This document shows positions 49,094-57,879 of a stretch of 64,000 nt of DNA, piece after piece. The translations under genes were made by a program, and so were the position numbers. This DNA comes from a virus (taxonomy: Duplodnaviria > Caudoviricetes). The notes beneath the pieces were generated by a model. The model did no database searches. It saw nothing but the letters and a program-made list of their open reading frames with translations, and was not told the DNA's origin. Location of the stretch: positions 17,433 through 81,432 of the IMG/VR virus record IMGVR_UViG_3300005323_000042, one strand, 5' to 3'. The stretch's first letter is position 1, and each line of letters starts with the position of its first letter.

Positions 49094-49762
49094 TTAATAA
49101 TTTGACACAAAAAGTGCCTGTTGTATATTTGGAAGATAGGGATTGATCCTCTCGCAAAATCGAATCAGGTCATCCTTAAACGCCGTAACACCACTTCCCA
49201 GCAATATAATTTTTAATATAGCACCTACAGCCAGCCCATAAGACTGTTCATAACCAACCGCGCTGTATGCCCCTCCTTCACTTATCACAATACTTCCCCC
49301 GGCATAATTAACAGTAAAAGATTTTTTGACTGCCTTGAAAATTTTTGAACATGAATTATACGAATTCAGCAATTTTACGGGCCATGTTGCTTCAGGTATA
49401 TCTGCATGTATATAAAGAATAAAAATAAATGTCTGAAGTAATTTTTCTTCATATAGAAACTGAATTGTACTATTTGGACCTGGAAAAATAGTTCTCTCAT
49501 ACTTCAATGCGGGGCAGTCAATACAATGTCCTTGCGCCCGCAGCAAGGCATAGTTTTCAGGAAAAAATATAGAAGGATTCACCTGTAGTACATCAGCAAT
49601 AGAATTAAGTTGTGAATATCTAGGTTCTCTTTCACCCGTTAAAAACCTTGTTAAATCACTTTCTGCTATTGCGGCGCTGGAAGAGAGTTCTTTTTGGCTT
49701 ATCCTTTTTTCCTTAATAAGCATAAGTAGAATATCGGAGAATTTTTCTGTTTCGCTTTTCAA
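49094..49762 (-). CDS. XRE-family HTH regulator with CxxC and a cupin-like C-terminal domain
   Basis: ISQKELSS...I.ESDLTRFLTGEREP HTH and CIDC. TTG start with SD GAGGT. Confidence 0.8.
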   Translation of the reverse strand: MKSETEKFSDILLMLIKEKRISQKELSSSAAIAESDLTRFLTGEREPRYSQLNSIADVLQVNPSIFFPENYALLRAQGHCIDCPALKYERTIFPGPNSTIQFLYEEKLLQTFIFILYIHADIPEATWPVKLLNSYNSCSKIFKAVKKSFTVNYAGGSIVISEGGAYSAVGYEQSYGLAVGAILKIILLGSGVTAFKDDLIRFCERINPYLPNIQQALFVSNY

Positions 49763-49891
49763 AACGACCTCGTTGAAAAATGTAAAAAATCCGTTATTTA
49801 ATATCCAACTATAAGTCCCTCCCCTTAGATATATCTAAGGAACCGAAATATAAATGAGATTAAATAAACATGTCAATGGTTTTGGAAAATA

Positions 49892-50515
49892 TTATTTCTG
49901 TTTTGGAAATTTCTCCAAAATCTTTTTCGGATTTGTTGCCATTAGATCGACAAGTCGCGGTACATTTTCGCCGGTGCCGAATACAAATAATCTTGTATTG
50001 TCTTTGTAAGATATAACATTTGCATCGCCTGAATTTACGTATGCAAAACTTCCGGGGGCCAGTGATACAAGTGGTCCGCCCTTATTGGAATACGAAACAC
50101 CCCCTTTAATACAGAAAACAAAAAAGTTAATTAAGAACTTCTTCGATAGACGACTTGTAACCGGCGGTTCGTTCATTATAGAATCAATATACAGCAATAG
50201 TGCAACACATTTATGTTGCTTGTCATAGAATAATAACTGAAAACGAAACGGATATTGAGCACTAATAGGTTTATTATACTCGTATCCGCATTGTGGGCAA
50301 TTGATATTGTTACTACTCATTAGGTCCAAAGGAAAAAACGACTCAACCTGCAGATTGAATGTGCGCATAATATCTATCAATTGGTCGTACTTTGGTTGTT
50401 TCCCCTGATTGAGCATTTTTGAAAGCTCACTATTTGAAATTCTTAATAAAGCGGCAGCGTCTTTCTGTGGTATATTAAGATTATCAATAGCACTCTGTAG
50501 GTACTTACTAAACAC
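49892..50515 (-). CDS. XRE-family HTH regulator with CxxC and a cupin-like C-terminal domain
   Basis: IPQKDAAALLRISNSELSKMLNQGKQP HTH and CPQC. GTG start with SD GAGGG. Confidence 0.8.
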   Translation of the reverse strand: MFSKYLQSAIDNLNIPQKDAAALLRISNSELSKMLNQGKQPKYDQLIDIMRTFNLQVESFFPLDLMSSNNINCPQCGYEYNKPISAQYPFRFQLLFYDKQHKCVALLLYIDSIMNEPPVTSRLSKKFLINFFVFCIKGGVSYSNKGGPLVSLAPGSFAYVNSGDANVISYKDNTRLFVFGTGENVPRLVDLMATNPKKILEKFPKQK

Positions 50516-50812
50516 TATATTCCCTCACTTTTAAAGTTCCCTAAAGAATAAACAAAATATTTCTCTTGCGGAATGGAAATATTAATTTCTAAAATGGCAA
50601 TCTAATTTATTAATATTCTTTGTCATTATCAATAGTTAAAGTGACATATAGCAAGGAGTAATATCTATCTCTTCTACTTGCGCGCGAAAGCGCCTACCTG
50701 CCAACTGGCCCGCCTAAATCCTAAATCCCATAAATAATATTTTATAATTTCAAAATTTGAATCGCTGAAATGAAAACCAAAAGTTTAAAATTAGACCGAG
50801 GCACCGGGTTAT

Positions 50813-50824
50813 CAATTTAAATTG
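50813..50824. promoter_or_regulatory. Palindromic operator candidate CAATTTAAATTG (copy 1)
   Basis: Perfect 12-bp palindrome overlapping TTGACT. Confidence 0.6.
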
Positions 50825-51050
50825 ACTGAAAACCAGTCTAAACAAGAATAAATTTCTCCTCAAAAAATCACAAGAATAGTATTAAAAAACTGTAATAACC
50901 GACTTGTTTATATAGCATTTGTAGAGTATTTACAGACGAAAGACCGGGTATTAAAAGATGGTTAGTATGGATGTTAATTGATATCCGTTGCGAGCCACCT
51001 AGGGTTCCGGTCTCTAGCAAAACTATTCACCATATATAAGGAGAAACAAT

Positions 51051-51320
51051 ATGGAAGCGAAAGAACTGCTTCATATGAACATTGCAGACTGTCTTCCAGA
51101 TCCGGATTTAGAATTCGGCTGGATGACACAGAATGAAGGGGTCAGATACTTGGCATACGTAACCGCAGCCGGTATGTATGCAGATATTGACAGCAGAGAT
51201 ATGTATCAATCTTTGCTGGACGTAGCTGCAGTTGCAAGGTTTCAGAACGTTGCTCAGACACCTGAAGTAGAATTTATACTTATTAACGATGTTATTGAAC
51301 ATTTAATCCGCACAAACTAA
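51051..51320 (+). CDS. Hypothetical protein (89 aa)
   Basis: Strong SD AAGGAG. Confidence 0.75.
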   Translation: MEAKELLHMNIADCLPDPDLEFGWMTQNEGVRYLAYVTAAGMYADIDSRDMYQSLLDVAAVARFQNVAQTPEVEFILINDVIEHLIRTN

Positions 51321-51385
51321 TCTAATCTAACTAATCACATAAACCTACCTTTTTAACCACTTAATCGTGGCTTGGGATAAGTGTG

Positions 51386-51427
51386 CAATTTAAGTTGACA
51401 ACCTACCCAATATTGCAATTTAAATTG
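51386..51427. promoter_or_regulatory. Tandem operator candidates (CAATTTAAGTTG at 51386, CAATTTAAATTG at 51416) upstream of the RNAP-like gene
   Basis: Two copies 30 bp apart; the first overlaps TTGACA. Confidence 0.65.
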
Positions 51428-51483
51428 ATTTCATTGAGCCAATTTATTAAACATTTTTACAAACAAATTTATAGGAGTAACTC

Positions 51484-54114
51484 ATGTTATATTCAATTTG
51501 GGCTCTTTTAACATTGCTCTTAGTAAGTCCTTCAATAGAGAAGGCAAAAGAGCTTCTCGTTATTGTTCACAATGGATATCTAGGTAAAAGCATCAGATTA
51601 TACTGGTATTATATCAGCATAGATGCTGTAGACAAGGCTAAGGAGATAATCCAAAAGCTAAATCATAATACAATCATTAGACAGATAATAAATCACAGCA
51701 AACTGGTAGAAGATTTACCGGTTGTTGTGGCTTATGATAATAAATACAGGCCAATCTGGTATTTATCGAAGAGAAAAGCGTACACGCAAACCATAATAGA
51801 TAAGGATGGAAATGAGGTAAAGGTTACGATTCCGCCAGTCTATCAAAGACCACAACTATTTCCGGAAGTTCTGGAAATGGTATGGAACATCATCGAGAAA
51901 GGAAAGAATATTGGGCAATCAGTCGGCATTAATTGGACCGACAAGAAAGGCCGGAAAAGATATAATACAATCGTATTGAAACCAGAAGAAAAGATCACGG
52001 TGAAAAGCCGTGAGTATATGTTAATTGCCAGTGGTAAAAATAAGACCTTCTACTGGCCAACAGATGTTCCGATTCCTTCTGAATTGAAACCTTGGATTGA
52101 ATCTAAAAACATTCAGTCCAAGAATGATTTTGTAGCTGGCCTGAAAAGGCATGGCCACACAGAATACATCAAAGACATTGATATTACTGTTCAGGAAGAA
52201 CATCAGTTCGATCTTGGAGCTGTAGTACTTCCAAGAGAGGTAGTTAAACAACTGTCGAAGAGATTTGGATTCGATGTGAATCTATCTCAAATCACTATAT
52301 GGTTCGAAGACGGAACATTCTTTAAGGGGACTGTTGAGTCCGATGAGTTCTCGAAAATGCCGGTTGGCTATTATGGTGGATTAAAATCCGCCATTAGCAA
52401 ATATGATGGTAAAAATAAGGTAAAGGCGCTAAAAATCGGCGCAAGAGCGATTAGAATGAACGTATTGTCTAATTATAGAGTGCAACCCTGGGAGGCAACC
52501 GCAAATCATCAGCAATTCACCTATACTGGCAATAAAATGCCAGTTGTAGTTGAACCGGTTAACAATGAGTTACTTGCAAAAATATGTCTTGGTGAGCCGG
52601 GCATCACTATGCAAGCCCAACAAGAATTCTTGTCCAATATCTCACGTGCTTTACATAAATTTAATGTATCTGGCTATGCGGGCCAGATTGGTGCATATTG
52701 CGATACGTCCTCTGCAAACTTTATTATCTTCACAAGCGACCGTAAACTCAAGAATCAGATCAAAGAATTCACATTTCTTTGGTCGCCATTCTTACCAGTG
52801 CATACTGACCTTATGAAGGTGCTGGTGAAATTTATGTATAAACCAGATTACGATGGTGTGATCTGTTTGAACACAAATGAACAAAATATGGAATGGATAG
52901 ATAGATGGTTTATCCAATACGCAGGTCGTGACTGCGACGGTGATGGGATTGTGATTACTGATGATCCAAGAATCATATCGCTTGCAAAGAATGTACCTGA
53001 GATTCAGTGGTACAACACAGTGCAATTCAAAGGCGAAACGCCAGTTGACTGTACTAATAGCCATCTTGCATTAATGATGTCTTATAGTAACATAATTCTA
53101 CATTCAGGAATCGTCGGAACATTCGACAACTTTGCCAGAAGAATAATAACCGAGAGGCCAGCACTTATGACCTGGGAATTAAGAGTAAGACTAACCAAGA
53201 TCATACAAATGGGTATAAGTTCGGTCAAGAAACACGTTGACGATGAGGATTTAAATAATCCGTTTATCATTTATAAGATTCTTGGTCTTGACTATAAGAC
53301 TAATGAATGGCTCAGGAAGTCAACAATAGATTTCAAAAAAGAAGTCGTTGAGGTTGTAAAGAAACTGAATGGAACAGTGCAGAAATTAATGTTCATTAAG
53401 GAAGGACAAGATCCTGAAGTGTTCAAATTAGAAATAACTGAACTCTATCAAAACCTACACGAAAAGTTGGATAAAATTGAACTAGCCGATCCAAAAGCAG
53501 TTAAGGCTTTCACCTCTGCGGTGGAAGCGGCGCAGGAGTTCACTTGCGAACGTTCTGCATACTTCAACATGAAAAATATCGGCAAGTCATTATTGGCAGA
53601 AGCAAAAGCTGTTGACATCTTGGCAGCAGAAATATTGCTAGCTGAGATCAAAGATCTCTGGTACAGAAAAGACGATGAATCTCAATCTATTGCCGAGGAA
53701 ATCGGCTTAGATTTCAATGAAATCAAAGACTTAATAGAATACCAGATAGAAACATCAGAGATAGAACCAAGAGCTTTATTTGGTGTTCTCTTATCAAATC
53801 TATCTTCAAGATTTCTTACCTCTATCATTTCAATGGAGCAAATGCTTCAACTTGATAGATTATCAGGACAGAATATGTACTGCTCATATTCCATTCCTGT
53901 TAAGAATAACACATTGCATGTTGGGCAGAGATTAACATTCGGCCAACTGTCAGCAAGAGTTCCAATGTCTCAGTTGTTGGCAGAAATGCCAATTTGTGAT
54001 TATTTGATTAAAGACATTAAGCAGGCTCAATATTACAATTGGGCCAGCAAAACAGGTAATATTCAGCAGTCAAATTATCTGTTGAAACTAGTACCTGTAT
54101 TGGACAATAATTAA
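51484..54114 (+). CDS. YonO/RdRP-like single-subunit two-barrel RNA polymerase (876 aa)
   Basis: Catalytic AGRDCDGD at 52921-52944. FDLGAVV...SQI...FKG upstream. GVICLN before the motif and ITDDPRII after it. Downstream GTFDNFA...QMGISSVKK matches the order of RdRP-family motifs. Confidence 0.7.
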   Translation: MLYSIWALLTLLLVSPSIEKAKELLVIVHNGYLGKSIRLYWYYISIDAVDKAKEIIQKLNHNTIIRQIINHSKLVEDLPVVVAYDNKYRPIWYLSKRKAYTQTIIDKDGNEVKVTIPPVYQRPQLFPEVLEMVWNIIEKGKNIGQSVGINWTDKKGRKRYNTIVLKPEEKITVKSREYMLIASGKNKTFYWPTDVPIPSELKPWIESKNIQSKNDFVAGLKRHGHTEYIKDIDITVQEEHQFDLGAVVLPREVVKQLSKRFGFDVNLSQITIWFEDGTFFKGTVESDEFSKMPVGYYGGLKSAISKYDGKNKVKALKIGARAIRMNVLSNYRVQPWEATANHQQFTYTGNKMPVVVEPVNNELLAKICLGEPGITMQAQQEFLSNISRALHKFNVSGYAGQIGAYCDTSSANFIIFTSDRKLKNQIKEFTFLWSPFLPVHTDLMKVLVKFMYKPDYDGVICLNTNEQNMEWIDRWFIQYAGRDCDGDGIVITDDPRIISLAKNVPEIQWYNTVQFKGETPVDCTNSHLALMMSYSNIILHSGIVGTFDNFARRIITERPALMTWELRVRLTKIIQMGISSVKKHVDDEDLNNPFIIYKILGLDYKTNEWLRKSTIDFKKEVVEVVKKLNGTVQKLMFIKEGQDPEVFKLEITELYQNLHEKLDKIELADPKAVKAFTSAVEAAQEFTCERSAYFNMKNIGKSLLAEAKAVDILAAEILLAEIKDLWYRKDDESQSIAEEIGLDFNEIKDLIEYQIETSEIEPRALFGVLLSNLSSRFLTSIISMEQMLQLDRLSGQNMYCSYSIPVKNNTLHVGQRLTFGQLSARVPMSQLLAEMPICDYLIKDIKQAQYYNWASKTGNIQQSNYLLKLVPVLDNN

Positions 54115-54128
54115 CAATATTAATAAAC

Positions 54129-54160
54129 TTAGCCCTGCTAGCAGTAACTAGCAGGGCTAA
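54129..54160. terminator. Perfect 13-bp inverted repeat after the RNAP-like gene
   Basis: TTAGCCCTGCTAG-N6-CTAGCAGGGCTAA; no U tract on the + strand. Confidence 0.5.
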
Positions 54161-54180
54161 AACTATAGGAGTAGATCAAT

Positions 54181-54525
54181 ATGCTACACATCAATCTACC
54201 ATTGAAATCTACGATTTCTTTGGTAATAAGTCAAGCAGAGGATAATCCGATTGTCCAGGCTGCTAAAGAAAAATTTGGTCCAGAAGCTATCGTCCTATGC
54301 GGTGGCAGAGTGCTGCACAACAAGATTAGTCCTGTTGTCGGTATCAGGGCCGATGCATCTAAATTTCCGGTCCTTAAATATATGGGACAGGGAGGCTATC
54401 TGTCATTAAAGTGGAATAATATTCCACAGACAATACCAGATAACCATTATATAGTTGACTCATTCGAATCTGGGTCAAGCACTTATTTAACACTGCTACC
54501 AATCCCTACAATGGAGGAAAACTAA
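54181..54525 (+). CDS. Hypothetical protein
   Basis: SD AGGAG and an intact ORF. Confidence 0.7.
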   Translation: MLHINLPLKSTISLVISQAEDNPIVQAAKEKFGPEAIVLCGGRVLHNKISPVVGIRADASKFPVLKYMGQGGYLSLKWNNIPQTIPDNHYIVDSFESGSSTYLTLLPIPTMEEN

Positions 54526-54526
54526 T

Positions 54527-55186
54527 ATGCAAAAAAGAAAAACTTATCAGATAGTAAAACAGAATGAACAATACCCAGCCAATCGTGTTGGGTATTTTGC
54601 TAATGTGACCTGGGATGAAGTCCAGGTGTTAAGAATGAAATTAGGTCTGGTTAATGGATACCAGATAAACAGCATTATCGGCACTGGCGAAGGGAAGTTA
54701 TTAAATCCTACCATCGAACATGCAACAGCACCACAAATGACAGTTGCAGAGAATACAGATAAAAGACCTATAATGTCCTTGTCAGTTGATGCCTGGACAA
54801 GCGGTAACCCAGGCATGGGTGGATGCCGATTAGTAGGCGAATATAAAGGACAGGTAAAAGAGTTGTCCACATATACATCTAAAGCTCCTCACTCCAATAA
54901 TTTATTTGAGCTTGTAGCTGTGCTAATCGCACTGAGATGGGCAAGTAAAGAAGAAAATAGAATGGGCAGTGAAATCTATTCTGACAGCAAAACTGTTTTG
55001 GCCTGGATTACAAAGGCAATGGAAGGCAATAAGAAGATACTGGGACCAAAGGTCAATGAACGTGAATTGATTGAAAATACTCTATTGGATATCAAACTTC
55101 TAATGGAGCAAACGAAAGTCAAATTAATTAAATGGAACACAGAACTGTGGGGCGAAATCCCGGCAGATTTTAACCGTAAAAAATAA
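54527..55186 (+). CDS. rnhA: Ribonuclease HI with a degenerate N-terminal hybrid-binding domain
   Basis: SVDAWTSGNPG, SNNLFELVA, IYSDSK and C-terminal W.TE.WGEIPADF.RK. Confidence 0.85.
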   Translation: MQKRKTYQIVKQNEQYPANRVGYFANVTWDEVQVLRMKLGLVNGYQINSIIGTGEGKLLNPTIEHATAPQMTVAENTDKRPIMSLSVDAWTSGNPGMGGCRLVGEYKGQVKELSTYTSKAPHSNNLFELVAVLIALRWASKEENRMGSEIYSDSKTVLAWITKAMEGNKKILGPKVNERELIENTLLDIKLLMEQTKVKLIKWNTELWGEIPADFNRKK

Positions 55187-55197
55187 GGAATATAACA

Positions 55198-56499
55198 ATG
55201 GATATTAAAGAAACATTAAAAATCTTCTCATTCCTGCCGGCTGTTCATGCAGTCGGCGGATGTGTCCGCGATTGGCTTATGGATATTCCATACCATGACA
55301 TTGATCTTGCAACAGCGGCAAAACCGGAAGAAGTTATCAGTTTATGTACCGAACACGACATCGGTACAGTCAATACTGGAATAAAATCCGGCACTATTAC
55401 CGCTTATGTTGATGGTATTGGCTACGAAATAACAACGTTCCGTTCTGACCATAATCAGGATGGGAGGCATGCTGATGTTAATTATGTTTCCACTATTGAA
55501 GAAGACCTGGCACGCAGAGATTTTACAATCAATGCAATAGCAATAGATACTGACGGTAATGTCATTGATCCTTATGGCGGGGTCAATGATATAGCGTTCT
55601 TTAAGAGAATCAGGGCAGTCAGAGATCCAATCCAGAGATTCAGAGAAGACTATCTCAGAACTCTCAGAGCTGCACGATTTGCCGCAAGATTCGGATTCAG
55701 GATAGACCCAAGAACACTAAATGCCATGACATGTTTATCATGGCGGATTCAGAAGTTTGTTTCTCCAGAACGGGTAAAAATGGAGTTCGATAAGGCTTTT
55801 CAGGACAGCCACCCCGACAAGTTTATCGATATACTATTCAAAACAAGAATTCTACAACAGATATTTCCTGAATATTCTACAGCAGATAGACTCACCCACA
55901 ACCACGAATATCATCCTGAAGGGCCGTTACTTGAACACATAAAAGTTGTAGTCTGTCGTGCCGTTCCAGAATGCAGATGGGAAGCATTTCTGCATGACAT
56001 TGGGAAAACTATTACGTTCAACCAGAGTGTAAATGGTGAATACTACAATTACTATGACCACGCTGAAATCGGTGAGGTATTGGTAAACGATATTGCAGAC
56101 AGATTAAAATTTAGCAACATACTTAGAGCCTCTTGTGTTGCAGCAACGAAATACCACATGATGCCGGCTATGATAATGAATGCCGATTGTAAACACGAAA
56201 GAGCAATCAGAAGATTTCAGAATATTGCTGGAGAATATTTGGATATGTTGCATCGTCTCTGCTACGCAGACTTAATAGATAGAAAGTCATACGACAAAGA
56301 ACTATTCGACAAAATCTTTACACCACTACAACCTAAACCGAAACCAATAGTATCTGGCAAACAAATCCTCGCAAGAGGATATAAACCAGGACCAGAGATT
56401 GGCAAAATTCAACGCATCTGTCAACAGTATTACATAGAAACAGGCATTGATGATCCCGGGATTTTACTTGATGCAGTTATAAGTGGCAATTTAAATTGA
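55198..56499 (+). CDS. cca: CCA-adding tRNA nucleotidyltransferase with an HD domain
   Basis: VGGCVRD, DIDLAT, EITTFR, DLARRDFTINA, EDYLR.LRAARFAAR and LHDIGK motifs. Confidence 0.9.
   Translation: MDIKETLKIFSFLPAVHAVGGCVRDWLMDIPYHDIDLATAAKPEEVISLCTEHDIGTVNTGIKSGTITAYVDGIGYEITTFRSDHNQDGRHADVNYVSTIEEDLARRDFTINAIAIDTDGNVIDPYGGVNDIAFFKRIRAVRDPIQRFREDYLRTLRAARFAARFGFRIDPRTLNAMTCLSWRIQKFVSPERVKMEFDKAFQDSHPDKFIDILFKTRILQQIFPEYSTADRLTHNHEYHPEGPLLEHIKVVVCRAVPECRWEAFLHDIGKTITFNQSVNGEYYNYYDHAEIGEVLVNDIADRLKFSNILRASCVAATKYHMMPAMIMNADCKHERAIRRFQNIAGEYLDMLHRLCYADLIDRKSYDKELFDKIFTPLQPKPKPIVSGKQILARGYKPGPEIGKIQRICQQYYIETGIDDPGILLDAVISGNLN
56487..56498. promoter_or_regulatory. Operator candidate CAATTTAAATTG at the end of cca
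   Basis: Perfect palindrome overlapping TTGACA, at the start of the non-coding region. Confidence 0.6.
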
Positions 56500-56569
56500 C
56501 AGACTTTAAACTGATCAGACATTATTTTTAGACCTACCAAAAATTACAACATTCTAAGCTTCCACATAT

Positions 56570-57710
56570 TCAACTCCGCTCCGTTTCCGGGTCTTCGGAA
56601 ACTGCCGGGGTCTTCCGGCAAAGCAGTAGACTGCTTGGAGCTTCGTCTGGTCTTGGTCTGGTCAGGTCTGTCCACGGGCGATTGATTGCTGTTATCCAGA
56701 ATGGCAATCCGCTGACACCGTAGATGTCTTTACTCCTATAATTTATCATTACAGGCTCCGTCCCCACCGTGGCATCCCTATGTCACATATGTGAGCCAGA
56801 AGAATTAAAGGGAGCACTCCCACAGTCAGTCAATGACGTGTGCTCCTTATTCCTCTTTGGTCAGGTCGGGTCTGCCAAGGGGTGAAAGTCGGATTGGCGA
56901 CTATAAATAGTGCATCAGGCCAATCGCGTTGACATTTGTCAGGTTGCAATGCTCAACGTTGCAGGTTCTGCGGAGAACCCAAAAGTCCGAGCCAGCCGTA
57001 ACAAAGCAGGGATGGTGTTCAACTTAAATTGTTGTCAAAACAGGCCATCGAAGACCTACATTCTATTACCCTATTACGGTTTCTTCTTGTAAGTGTAAAA
57101 AGACTGGATAGACAGATGTGAAAACACCATCTGCGGTCAGGTAAGACAGAGAGCCTGACCTTGAAAATAAGAACGACTGTCAGTACTTCACTGTTGCTAT
57201 GTCCCTTGAGCAAGGAATGCAAATGCAGTGATTAAAGATATGAAATTCAAGGAAGGAAAAGTTTATCCATATCGGCGAAGTCCCTTAACGAACACCGGGT
57301 ATGACACCCTGGCTATTAGGCGCAGTAATGAACGGCGCGTTCCCAGAACAAGTAGATTCTACGAATGTAATGCGGTGTATGTGACTAATACATTATAGGC
57401 ATTCGTGCGGAGACTGTACCTAAAAATTCAGTTGGCGGGTTCACTGCCAGTAAAGTGTTGAACACTCTAATAGCAGGAGTGAGTATGTTATGCATTGAAA
57501 ACTTAGTAGCAATGCGATCACGGCGAAAAGCGTTAAAGCTATCCATTGTGGTATGCCAAGACCTAACAGCACAGCAATAAGACTGTTAGCGAGCGATTAC
57601 AATGACGATAAGGTGGCTCTTAAGGTGCAAATACAGCACCCGTCGGGCAACGGACTATGAGTTTTTGTCTTGTTTACGAGAACCGGCACGCCCCGATTTG
57701 ATTCCAAATG
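56570..57710 (+). ncRNA. Hairpin-dense, apparently non-coding region (candidate large structured RNA and/or origin)
   Basis: More than 15 short stems visible by eye, raised GC and no convincing ORFs. The strand is tentative. Confidence 0.4.
57020..57031. promoter_or_regulatory. Operator candidate CAACTTAAATTG (reverse complement of the 51386 copy)
   Basis: One mismatch from the perfect palindrome; adjacent to TTGACA on the minus strand. Confidence 0.5.
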
Positions 57711-57716
57711 ATTATA

Positions 57717-57861
57717 ACCGATACCTCTGCGGCGCGAAAGTTTTGACCTATTATTTACCAGACCCAATAAGGCAGCACGCCTGAACAGTCTGGATAAGAA
57801 CGGCCAAACCTGCCGCAGGGGATACGGATTTAAGAGAGTTCGAATCTCTCTATCGGTCCCA
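57717..57861 (+). ncRNA. 145-nt tRNA-like RNA (acceptor stem, T-arm and CCA; a long rod replaces the D and anticodon arms)
   Basis: ACCGATA/TATCGGT 7-bp stem, GAGAG-TTCGAAT-CTCTC T-arm, then C-CCA. Inner CCTCTGCGGC/GCCGCAGGGG and CCAGAC/GTCTGG helices. Confidence 0.7.
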
Positions 57862-57879
57862 ACTAAATATGGGCATTTT

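Noticed and set aside
56881-56990. RNase P RNA-like words (GGTGAAAGTCGG, AGTGCATCAG, AGAACCC)
   Set aside because: The spacing is far too short, and the only P4-complementary sequence (AATCCGCT at 56706) lies upstream rather than downstream. Kept only as part of the unassigned structured region.
56570-57784. ORFs 56570..56767, 56910..57092, 57019..57222 and 57602..57784
   Set aside because: No RBS, atypical composition and overlap with dense RNA-like stems; treated as non-coding.
57717-57861. tmRNA or canonical tRNA gene
   Set aside because: No G3-U70 pair or A discriminator, no tag reading frame, no D arm or 7-nt anticodon loop, and the length fits neither class.
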